NCBI GenBank assembly: GCA_964016885.1
Contig: OZ024749.1
Span: 8,370,001 to 8,434,000, forward strand
Length of the DNA stretch: 64,000 nucleotides
DNA from: Eledone cirrhosa
Taxonomy: Eukaryota
Direction of reading: 5' to 3'
The translations under genes and the position numbers were made by a program. Below the pieces are notes generated by a model. The model had not been told where the DNA came from, did not search any database, and saw only the letters and a list, made by a program, of their open reading frames with translations. Shown here one piece after another: positions 34,221 to 45,900 of the stretch; within the stretch, counting starts at the first letter, position 1; the number at the start of each line of letters is the position of its first letter.

Positions 34221-34319
34221 AGTAGCAGCAGCAGCAGCAGCAGCAACAGTAGCAGCAACAGCAGCAACAACAGCAGCAGCAACAGTAGCAGCAACAGCAG
34301 CACAACAGCAGCAACAGTT

Positions 34320-34351
<32 letters not shown>

Positions 34352-34680
34352 GTGATCTGAAACAGCAACAGCATCACAAGCTGCAGCAACGGGAGCAGCA
34401 GCAACAGCTGTAGCATCAGCATCAGCAGCAGCAACAATAGAATCATCATCATCATCATCAACAGCGTCAACACCAGCAGCAGCATCAACAACAGCATCAA
34501 CAACAGCATCAACAACAGCATCAACGGCAACACCAGCAGCACGCCAGCAACAACATCAATATCCTTCTCAACAACAGCAGCAGCAACAGCATCAACAGCA
34601 ACGGCAGCAGCAGCAGCAGCAGCCACAGCAACGGTAGCAGCAGCAGCACACCAGCAGCATCATCATCATCAACAACATCA
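34178..34680. repeat. (CAG/CAA/CAT)n repeat
   Basis: Directly visible; no convincing exon boundaries. Confidence 0.9.
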
Positions 34681-35189
34681 GTGTACTTGTAAGCCAATAT
34701 ATGTACAGGTGTGATAATGTATATAGTGCAGTATAAATCTACCTGTAGTAATTTCCTCACTCTTACCTGTTTCACTGATTACAACTCATTAGCTTCTCAA
34801 GTTCTACCTCTACTCCCTCCTACGTCGTAGAAGAAGCGCCATACATCGTCGCTACCTCTGCTAGAAACAGTAGCAAAATCCTCCGCAAATTTACCAAAAT
34901 CCTACCCTTATAAAGTAAATGACTCATTTAATAATTTGCCGCGATACCCTACATTGAATATTTTCATGGGGATTGTTCTGGTGAACTTTCCCCATTGTTA
35001 CTTCGTCTTCAACGAGGCACCAGATTTGTGGTTCTGTCTCACCATTTACATTTGAAGTCCTTAAATATATCCTCTAATTCTATTCTGGTAGTTTCTTCCC
35101 TCATATATGTCGCAAATGGAATTCTCTCCCCACTTTCTCTCTGTCCAATGCAATTTACATAAAATCAAAAGCAACATCAACCCTTATCT

Positions 35190-38100
35190 TTTCTTTATCT
35201 TGTCCGTCCTCCTTCTCAGTAACCCCTTGTACTTTAGTAGCTTTATAGCCTTGCTTGGGATTATGTTCTCCCTTCTCAGTAACCCCTTACATTTTAGTAG
35301 CTTCATAGCTTTACTTGGGATTATATTCTCTCTATCTTGTCCTCCCTTCTTAGTAACCCCTTGTACTTTAGTAGCTTTATAGCTTTACTTGGGATTATAT
35401 TCTCTCTATCTTGTCCTTCTCCCTTCTTAGTAAACCCTTGTACTTTAGTAGTTTTATAGCCTTATTTGGGATTATATTCTCTCTATCTTGTCCTTCTCCC
35501 TTCTTAGTAACCCCTTGTACTTTAGTAGTTTTATAGCCTTACTTGGGATTATATTCTCTCTGTCTTGTCTTCCCTTCTTAGTAACCCCTTGTACTTTAGT
35601 AGTTTTATAGCCTTACTTGGGATTATATTCTCTCTGTCTTGTCTTCCCTTCTTAGTAACCCCTTGTACTTTAGTAGTTTTATAGCCTTACTTGGGATTAT
35701 ATTCTCTCTGTCTTGTCTTCCCTTCTTAGTAACCCCTTGTACTTTAGTAGTTTTATAGCCTTACTTGGGATTATATTCTCTCTGTCTTGTCTTCCCTTCT
35801 TAGTAACCCCTTGTACTTTAGTAGTTTTATAGCCTTACTTGGGATTATATTCTCTCTGTCTTGTCTTCCCTTCTTAGTAACCCCTTGTACTTTAGTAGTT
35901 TTATAGCCTTACTTGGGATTATATTCTCTCTGTCTTGTCCTTCTCCCTTCTTAGTAACCCCTTGTACTTTAGTAGCTTTATAGCCTTACTTGGGATTATA
36001 TTCTCTCTGTCTTGTCCTTCTCCCTTCTTAGTAACCCCTTGTACTTTAGTAGCTTTATAGCCTTACTTGGGATTATATTCTCTCTGTCTTGTCCTTCTCC
36101 CTTCTTAGTAACTCCTTGTACTTAGGTAGCTTTATAGCCTTACTTGGGATTATATTCTCTCTGTCTTGTCCTTCTCCCTTCTTAGTAACCCCTTGTACTT
36201 TAGTAGCTTTATAGCTTTACTTGGGATTATATTCTCTCTGTCTTGTCCTTCTCCCTTCTTAGTAACCCCTTGTACTTTAGTAGCTTTATAGCCTTACTTG
36301 GGATTATATTCTCTCTGTCTTGTCCTTCTCCCTTCTTAGTAACCCCTTGTACTTTAGTAGCTTTATAGCCTTACTTGGGATTATATTCTCTCTGTCTTGT
36401 CCTTCTCCCTTCTTAGTAACCCCTTGTACTTTAGTAGCTTTATAGCCTTACTTGGGATTATATTCTCTCTGTCTTGTCCTTCTCCCTTCTTAGTAACCCC
36501 TTGTACTTTAGTAGCTTTCTAGCTTTACTTGGGATTATATTCTCACTATCTTGTCCTTCTCCCTTCTTAGTAACCCCTCATACTTTAGTAGTTTTATAGC
36601 TTTACTTGGGATTATATTCTCTCTGTCTTGTCCTTCTCCCTTCTTAGTAACCCCTTGTACTTTAGTAGCTTTCTAGCTTTACTTGGGATTATATTCTCAC
36701 TATCTTGTCCTTCTCCCTTCTTAGTAACCCCTCGTACTTTAGTAGTTTTATAGCTTTACTTGGGATTATATTCTCACTATCTTGTCCTTCTCCCTTCTTA
36801 GTAACCCCTCATACTTTAGTAGTTTTATAGCTTTACTTGGGATTATATTCTCTCTGTCTTGTCCTTCTCCCTTCTTAGTAACCCCTTGTACTTTAGTAGC
36901 TTTCTAGCTTTACTTGGGATTATATTCTCACTATCTTGTCCTTCTCCCTTCTTAGTAACCCCTCGTACTTTAGTAGCTTTATAGCCTTACTTGGGATTAT
37001 ATTCTCACTATCTTGTCCTTCTCCCTTCTTAGTAACCCCTCATACTTTAGTAGTTTTATAGCTTTACTTGGGATTATATTCTCTCTGTCTTGTCCTTCTC
37101 CCTTCTTAGTAACCCCTTGTACTTTAGTAGCTTTCTAGCTTTACTTGGGATTATATTCTCACTATCTTGTCCTTCTCCCTTCTTAGTAACCCCTCGTACT
37201 TTAGTAGTTTTATAGCTTTACTTGGGATTATATTCTCTCTGTCTTGTCCTTCTCCCTTCTTAGTAACCCCTTGTACTTTGGTAGCTTTTTAGCCTTACTT
37301 GGGATTATATTCTCTCTGTCTTGTCCTCCCTTCTTAGTAACCCCTTGTACTTTAGTAGCTTTATAGCTTTACTTGGGATTATATTCTCTCTGTCTTGTCC
37401 TCCCTTCTTAGTAACCCCTTGTACTTTAGTAGCTTTATAGCCTTACTTGGGATTATATTCTCTCTGTCTTGTCCTCCCTTCTTAGTAACCCCTCGTACTT
37501 TAGTAGCTTTATAGCCTTACTTGGGATTATATTCTCTCTGTCTTGTCCTTCTCCCTTCTTAGTAACCCCTTGTACTTTAGTGGCTTTATAGCCTTACTTG
37601 GGATTATATTCTCTCTATCTTGTCCTTCTCCCTTCTTAGTAACCCCTTGTACTTTAGTGGCTTTATAGCCTTACTTGGGATTATATTCTCACTATCTTGT
37701 CCTTCTCCCTTCTTAGTAACCCCTTGTACTTTAGTAGCTTTATAGCTTTACTTGGGATTATATTCTCTCTATTTTGTCCTTCTCCCTTCTTAGTAACCCT
37801 TTGTACTTTAGTAGCTTTATAGCTTTACTTGGGATTATATTCTCTCTGTCTTGTCCTTCTCCCTTCTTAGTAACCCCTTGTACTTTAGTAGCTTTATAGC
37901 CTTACTTGGGATTATATTCTCTCTATCTTGTCCTTCTCCCTTCTCAGTAACCCCTTACATTTTAGTAGCTTCATAGCTTTACTTGGGATTATATTCTCTC
38001 TATCTTGTCCTTCTCCCTTCTTAGTAACCCCTCGTACTTTAGTGGCTTTATAGCTTTACTTGGGATTATATTCTCACTATCTTGTCCTTCTCCCTTCTTA

Positions 38101-38990
38101 GTAACCCCTCGTACTTTAGTAGCTTTATAGCTTTACTTGGGATTATTTCTCTCTATCTTGTCCTTCTCCCTTCTTAGTAACCCCTCGTACTTTAGTGGCT
38201 TTATAGCTTTACTTGGTATTATATTCTCTCTATCTTGTCCTTCTCCCTTCTTAGTAACCCCTCGTACTTTAGTAGCTTTATAGCTTTACTTGGGATTATA
38301 TTCTCACTATCTTGTCCTCCCTTCTTAGTAACCCCTCGTACTTTAGTAGCTTTATAGCTTTACTTGGGATTATATTCTCTCTATCTTGTCCTTCTCCCTT
38401 CTTAGTAACCCCTCGTACTTTAGTAGCTTTATAGCTTTACTTGGGATTATATTCTCTCTATCTTGTCCTTCTCCCTTCTTAGTAACCCCTTGTACTTTAG
38501 TAGCTTTATAGCCTTACTTGGCATTATATTCTCTCTATCGTGTCCTTCTCCCTTCTTAGTAGCCCCTCGTACTTTAGTAGCTTTATAGCCTTACTTGGGA
38601 TTATATTCTCTCTATCGTGTCCTTCTCCCTTCTTAGTAGCCCCTCGTACTTTAGTAGCTTTATAGCCTTACTTGGCATTATATTCTCTCTATTGTGTCCT
38701 TCTCCCTTCTTAGTAGCCCCTCGTACTTTAGTAGCTTTATAGCCTTACTTGGGATTATATTCTCTCTATCTTGTCCTTCTCCCTTCTTAGTAACCCCTTG
38801 TACTTTAGTAGCTTTATAGCCTTACTTGGGATTATATTCTCTCTGTCTTGCCCTTCTCCCTTCTTAGTAACCCCTTGTACTTTAGTAGCTTTCTAGCTTT
38901 ACTTGGGATTATATACTCTCTATCTTGTCCTTCTCCCTTCTTAGTAACCCCTCGTACTTTGGTAGCTTTATAGCCTTGCTTGGGATTATA
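35190..38990. repeat. Tandem satellite, 77-bp unit (73/74-bp variants), roughly 50 copies
   Basis: Unit TTCTCTCTGTCTTGTCCTTCTCCCTTCTTAGTAACCCCTTGTACTTTAGTAGCTTTATAGCCTTACTTGGGATTATA (e.g. starts at 36001 and 36078). Confidence 0.97.
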
Positions 38991-39430
38991 TGGTGCTGGT
39001 ATTGGTTGTGTGATGGTTCTGGTACTGGTAGTGGCTCTGGTGCTGATACTGGTATTGGTATTGGTCTTGACGCTAGTATTGGTGGTTTTAGTACCGGTAT
39101 AGGAATTGATGCTAGTACTGGTGTTGATGGTGGTGGTATTGGTCTTGGTTCTGTTGCTGGTGGTGGTGGTGGTATTGGTGGTGGTATTGGTCTTGGAGCT
39201 TGTGGTAGTGTTGGTATTGGTGGTGGTATTGGTCTTGGTTCTGTTGCTGGTGGTGGTGGTGGTATTGGTGGTGGTATTGGTCATGGAGCTGGTGGTGGTG
39301 GTGGTGGTGGTGGTATTGGTGGTGGTATTGGTCTTGGAGCGGGTGGTGGTGGTGGTGGTATGGTGGTAGTGCTGGTACTGGTACTTGTATTGGAGCCGGT
39401 ACTGGTACAGGTATTGATGCTGGTATTGAT
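38990..39430. repeat. Degenerate GGT-derived minisatellite
   Basis: GGTATTGGTCTTGG / GGTGGT units. Confidence 0.85.
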
Positions 39431-39499
39431 GTTTGTGTTAATGATATTCTCAGCGAGATTCAACAGGGGACAATATGTGACAAGGGGCTGGTGCTCCCT

Positions 39500-39655
39500 T
39501 TATTCACAAATACAATCCATTCGACGGGCTTTCACACAGTTTCCGACTATTCAATATCAGGTTTGTCTTAACACTTGCTCAAGATTCAACGCAGGACGAT
39601 TGAAACTAGAATCTAGTGATTGGAAAGCGAGCTCTTTAACCACACGACCATGCTA
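39500..39655 (-). mobile_element. Degenerate tRNA-derived SINE
   Basis: Minus strand: GGTCGTGTGGTTAAAGAGCTCGC (box A)...TTGAGCAAGTGT...GGAAACTGTGTGAAAGCCCGTCG. Confidence 0.6.
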
Positions 39656-40147
39656 CGTCATTAATTTATGTCTATCACATCGACAAAATATGCTGATATT
39701 TCTTTCACGGCAAACAGACAGAGTGATAGCTGCCAGGTGACTGGAAAAGAAGTCAGAGTTCGTTCAAAGACAAAACGTCGCGGATTAGCTGAAGGCAAGT
39801 TCCGCCAATATCTGATATTTGTGTAATGTATGTCAGATTAAGGAAGTAGTAGCTCCTATGAATCCCTGCACCGCACCAGGGGAGTCCGGGGCGTTTATAC
39901 ACGATTCGGTTGTAGCATGTAAAGATTCTCCTTGGCTGGCGGTAAATTCTCATCTTCAAAGTTTTAAAATATATAAAATCTAGTTCATCATATTCAGAAA
40001 TATTCCTGAGATATTCCTTTCGCTTGTGAATTCAAACGTACATCTACACCTGCATATATATACACTCGCGTATAAACACAGACACATGCATTCATACACA
40101 CATGCATACATACATACATACATAAATACATACATACGTACATACAT

Positions 40148-40262
40148 GATGGCTGCCCCCTCGTTATCGAGTATGGCCATTGCACGATATACCATTATTA
40201 ATAATTATTAATTAATTCTATCGTACAATGCCTGCGCGTGAAGATATTTTTTTAAAGTGAGG
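40148..40262 (-). mobile_element. 3' fragment of the RTE-related short element, subfamily B
   Basis: Reverse complement of ~18872-18990. Confidence 0.75.
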
Positions 40263-40284
40263 AAAGATGGAAAAAGATGAGTAT

Positions 40285-40356
40285 TGACGTATATGGGAGT
40301 CGAACCCACATCTTTGGTTATCGCGACCACTGTGTTACCATTACACCAACACATCA
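40285..40356 (-). tRNA. tRNA-like sequence (pseudogene or SINE head), nominal anticodon CGA, short variable loop
   Basis: Minus strand: TGATGTG/TACGTCA acceptor stem, TGGTGTAATGGTAA box A, TGGT-cgcgata-ACCA anticodon arm, GTGGG-TTCGACT-CCCAT T arm, TTTTT about 9 nt downstream. Confidence 0.55.
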
Positions 40357-40644
40357 CCCATCTCTTTCCATTCAAATTAGAAACTACATACTTAGCGAGT
40401 TTAAATGGCAAGTAAGTATGTTTTGAAACAGTGAGCAGGTTTGAAATTAGAAAATATATAGCTTTCACCGTATTTTTGACTAAAGGAATTTTAGCTTGAT
40501 AACGGCGTTTAGAACCAAAGGAGTAGGTTCGACTCCCATGTACGTCAACACTCATCTTTTTCCATTTATCTGAGGGTTCTAAACCCCATTATCAGGCTAA
40601 AATTCCTTTAGTCAAAAATACGGTGAAAGCTATATATTTTCTAA

Positions 40645-41413
40645 TATATATATATATATACGTATATACATACATATATATATATAGATACATATATATA
40701 TATATACATATATATACATATATACATATAGATACATATATATATATATACATATATATACATATATACATACATATATATATATACATATATATACATA
40801 TATATATATACATATATATACATATATACATACATATACATATATACATATATATACATATATATACATATATACATACATATATATATATACATACATA
40901 TATATATATACATACATATATATATATACATATATATATATACATACATATATATATATACATACATATATATATATACATATATATATATACATATATA
41001 TATATACATATATATATATACATATATATATATACATATATATATACATATATAAACATATACATATATATATATACATATATATACATATATATATACA
41101 TATATATATATACATATATATATATACATATATATATATACATATATATATATACATATATATATATACATATATATACATATATATATATATACATATA
41201 TATACATATATATATATACATATATATATATACATATATATATATACATATATATATATACATATATATATATACATATATATATATATACATATATATA
41301 TATACATATATATATATACATATATATACATATATATATATACATATATATATATACATATATATATATACATATATATATATACATATATATATATACA
41401 TATATATATATAC

Positions 41414-41444
<31 letters not shown>

Positions 41445-41445
41445 C

Positions 41446-41478
<33 letters not shown>

Positions 41479-41677
41479 CATATATATATACATATATATA
41501 TACATATATATATATACATATATATATACATATATATATATACATATATATATACATATATATATACATATATATATATACATATATACATACATACATA
41601 TATACATACATATATACATACATATATACATACACATATACATACATATATACATACATATATACATACATATAAAT

Positions 41678-41708
<31 letters not shown>

Positions 41709-41877
41709 CATACATATATATATACAGATATATATACATATATATATATATATACAGATATATATACATATATATATATATATATACATATATGCATACA
41801 TATACATATATGCATACATATATATATACATATATATATACATATATATATACATATATATATACATATATATATAC

Positions 41878-41922
<45 letters not shown>

Positions 41923-42033
41923 CATATATACATACATATATACATATATATACATATATACATACATATATACGTACATATATACATACATACATATATA
42001 TATACATATATATATACATATATATATATAGAC

Positions 42034-42081
<48 letters not shown>

Positions 42082-42139
42082 GTATATATACATATATACA
42101 TATATATATACATATATATATATACATATATATATATAC

Positions 42140-42176
<37 letters not shown>

Positions 42177-42193
42177 TACATATATATATATAC

Positions 42194-42274
<81 letters not shown>

Positions 42275-42348
42275 CATATATACATACATATATATACATA
42301 TATATATATACATATATATATATATACATATATACATATATATATATA
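40645..42348. repeat. (TA)n/(TACA) compound microsatellite
   Basis: Directly visible. Confidence 0.95.
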
Positions 42349-42349
42349 T

Positions 42350-42524
42350 GAACATGTTCAGGATTTTTATTCGTTCTGACGACTGAAGACATATAAATAT
42401 CTGTCCTCAAGAAACCGCTGGTAAATGAAATAATTATCTTATGTTGTTTATTAGATACCTAACTAAATAGGTATGTAGCCTACATAGAGCACTCTCTTTT
42501 CCTTTACCCTTCCTACGGAAACAC

Positions 42525-42530
<6 letters not shown>
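42350..42530 (+). mobile_element. Solo pseudo-LTR with HHR at 42367-42433
   Basis: ttattcgtt CTGACGA ctgaagac..gtcctcaa GAAA ccgctgg TA aatgaaataa; flanked by (TA)n. Confidence 0.8.
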
Positions 42531-42555
<25 letters not shown>

Positions 42556-42614
42556 TCGGGTCCAGAATTAGCCGTCGAAACGGCTTGAGCTCAGCCGTCG
42601 GGGTCTTAATTGTT

Positions 42615-42649
<35 letters not shown>

Positions 42650-42651
<2 letters not shown>

Positions 42652-42770
42652 TAGAAGAGGAAGACCAAGGTTAACATATGTTGATGCCCTAAGGACAGAC
42701 ACTGGTCTGTTGGAGATGCAGGATATGGCAGCGATAATGTGGGACAGAGACCGCTGGAGAGAACTCGTCC
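42650..42770 (+). pseudogene. C-terminal fragment of an RTE-clade LINE ORF, running into the gap
   Basis: TRRGRPRLTYVDALRTDTGLLEMQDMAAIMWDRDRWRELV (RGRP...DR..W motif). Confidence 0.7.
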
Positions 42771-42970
42771 NNNNNNNNNNNNNNNNNNNNNNNNNNNNNN
42801 NNNNNNNNNNNNNNNNNNNNNNNNNNNNNNNNNNNNNNNNNNNNNNNNNNNNNNNNNNNNNNNNNNNNNNNNNNNNNNNNNNNNNNNNNNNNNNNNNNNN
42901 NNNNNNNNNNNNNNNNNNNNNNNNNNNNNNNNNNNNNNNNNNNNNNNNNNNNNNNNNNNNNNNNNNNNNN
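42771..42970. other. Assembly gap (200 N)
   Basis: Directly visible. Confidence 1.
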
Positions 42971-45900
42971 TCTTGCTGGTATAGGTGGTGTTGGTGTTAA
43001 TGGTCTTGCTGGTATAGGTGGTGTTGGTGTTAATGGTCTTGCTGGTATAGGTGGTGTTGGTGTTGGTGTTAATGGTCTTGTTGGTATAGGTGGTGTTGGT
43101 GTTGGTGTTAATGGTCTTGTTGGTATAGGTGGTGTTGGTGTTAATGGTCTTGCTGGTATAGGTGGTGTTGGTGTTGGTGTTAATGGATCCTGTTGGTATA
43201 GGTGGTGTTGGTGTTAATGGTCTTGTTGGTATAGGTGGTGTTGGTGTTAATGGTCTTGCTGGTATAGGTGGTGTTGGTGTTAATGGTCTTGCTGGTATAG
43301 GTGGTGTTGGTGTTAATGGTCTTGCTGGTATAGGTGGTGTTGGTGTTGGTGTTAATGGTCTTGTTGGTATAGGTGGTGTTGGTGTTGGTGTTAATGGTCT
43401 TGTTGGTATAGGTGGTGTTGGTGTTAATGGTCTTGCTGGTATACTGGTGTTGGTGTTGGTGTTAATGGTCTTGTTGGTATAGGTGGTGTTGGTGTTAATG
43501 GTCTTGCTGGTATAGGTGGTGTTGGTGTTGGTGTTAATGGTCTTGTTGGTATAGGTGGTGTTGGTGTTAATGGTCTTGCTGGTATAGGTGGTGTTGGTGT
43601 TAGTGGTCTTGTTGGTATAGGTGGTGGTGGTGTTAGTAGTCTTGTTGGTATAGGTGGTGATGGTGTTGGTGTTAATGGTCTTGTTGGTATAGGTGGTGGT
43701 GGTGTTAATGGTCTTGCTGGTATAGGTGGTGTTGGTGTTAATGGTCTTGCTGGTATAGGTGGTGTTGGTGTTAATGGTCTTGCTGGTATAGGTGGTGTTG
43801 GTGTTAATGGTCTTGCTGGTATAGGTGGTGTTGGTGTTAATGGTCTTGCTGGTATAGGTGGTGTTGGTGTTAATGGTCTTGCTGGTATAGGTGGTGTTGG
43901 TGTTAATGGTCTTGCTGGTATAGGTGGTGTTGGTGTTGGTGTTAATGGTCTTGTTGGTATAGGTGGTGTTGGTGTTAATGGTCTTGCTGGTATAGGTGGT
44001 GTTGGTGTTAATGGTCTTGCTGGTATAGGTGGTGTTGGTGTTGGTGTTAATGGTCTTGCTGGTATAGGTGGTGTTGGTGTTAATGGTCTTGCTGGTATAG
44101 GTGGTGTTGGTGTTGGTGTTAATGGTCTTGTTGGTATAGGTGGTGTTGGTGTTAATGGTCTTGCTGGTATAGGTGGTGTTGGTGTTAATGGTCTTGCTGG
44201 TATAGGTGGTGTTGGTGTTAATGGTCTTGCTGGTATAGGTGGTGTTGGTGTTAATGGTCTTGCTGGTATAGGTGGTGTTGGTGTTAATGGTCTTGCTGGT
44301 ATAGGTGGTGTTGGTGTTAATGGTCTTGCTGGTATAGGTGGTGTTGGTGTTGGTGTTAATAGTCTTGTTGGTATAGGTGGTGTTGGTGTTGGTGTTAATG
44401 GTCTTGTTGGTATAGGTGGTGTTGGTGTTAATGGTCTTGCTGGTATAGGTGGTGTTGGTGTTGGTGTTAATGGTCTTGTTGGTATAGGTGGTGTTGGTGT
44501 TAATGGTCTTGTTGGTATAGGTGGTGTTGGTGTTAATGGTCTTGCTGGTATAGGTGGTGTTGGTGTTAATGGTCTTGCTGGTATAGGTGGTGTTGGTGTT
44601 AATGGTCTTGCTGGTATAGGTGGTGTTGGTGTTGGTGTTAATGGTCTTGTTGGTATAGGTGGTGTTGGTGTTGGTGTTAATGGTCTTGTTGGTATAGGTG
44701 GTGTTGGTGTTAATGGTCTTGCTGGTATACTGGTGTTGGTGTTGGTGTTAATGGTCTTGTTGGTATAGGTGGTGTTGGTGTTAATGGTCTTGCTGGTATA
44801 GGTGGTGTTGGTGTTGGTGTTAATGGTCTTGTTGGTATAGGTGGTGTTGGTGTTAATGATCTTGCTGGTATAGGTGGTGTTGGTGTTAATGGTCTTGTTG
44901 GTATAGGTTGTGTTGGTGTTAATGGTCTTGTTGGTATAGGTGGTGTTGGTGTTAATGGTCTTGCTGGTATAGGTGGTGTTGGTGTTAATGGTCTTGCTGG
45001 TATAGGTGGTGTTGGTGTTAATGGTCTTGCTGGTATAGGTGGTGTTGGTGTTAATGGTCTTGCTGGTATAGGTGGTGTTGGTGTTAATGGTCTTGCTGGT
45101 ATAGGTGGTGGTGGTGTTAATGGTCTTGTTGGTATAGGTGGTGTTGGTGTTAATGGTTTTGCTGGTATAGGTTGTGTTGGTGTTAATGGTCTTGTTGGTA
45201 TAGGTGGTGTTGGTGTTAATGGTCTTGCTGGTATAGGTGGTGTTGGTGTTAATGGTCTTGCTGGTATAGGTGGTGTTGGTGTTGGTGTTAATGGTCTTGT
45301 TGGTATAGGTGGTGTTGGTGTTAATGGTCTTGCTGGTATAGGTGGTGTTGGTGTTGGTGTTAATGGTCTTGTTGGTATAGGGGGTGTTGGTGTTAATGGT
45401 CTTGCTGGTATAGGTGGTGTTGGTGTTAATGGTCTTGTTGGTATAGGTTGTGTTGGTGTTAATGGTCTTGTTGGTATAGGTGGTGTTGGTGTTAATGGTC
45501 TTGCTGGTATAGGTGGTGTTGGTGTTAATGGTCTTGCTGGTATAGGTGGTGTTGGTGTTGGTGTTAATGGTCTTGTTGGTATAGGTGGTGTTGGTGTTAA
45601 TGGTCTTGCTGGTATAGGTGGTGTTGGTGTTAATGGTCTTGTTGGTATAGGTTGTGTTGGTGTTAATGGTCTTGTTGGTATAGGTGGTGTTGGTGTTAAT
45701 GGTCTTGCTGGTATAGGTGGTGTTGGTGTTAATGGTCTTGCTGGTATAGGTGGTGTTGGTGTTGGTGTTAATGGTCTTGTTGGTATAGGTGGTGTTGGTG
45801 TTAATGGTCTTGCTGGTATAGGTGGTGTTGGTGTTGGTGTTAATGGTCTTGTTGGTATAGGTGGTGTTGGTGTTAATGGTCTTGCTGGTATAGGTGGTGT

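Noticed and set aside
34113-34775. Poly-Q/poly-A host exon
   Set aside because: No non-repetitive coding content or consistent splice sites
35190-38990. CRISPR-like array
   Set aside because: Contiguous tandem units without unique spacers, in a eukaryotic context
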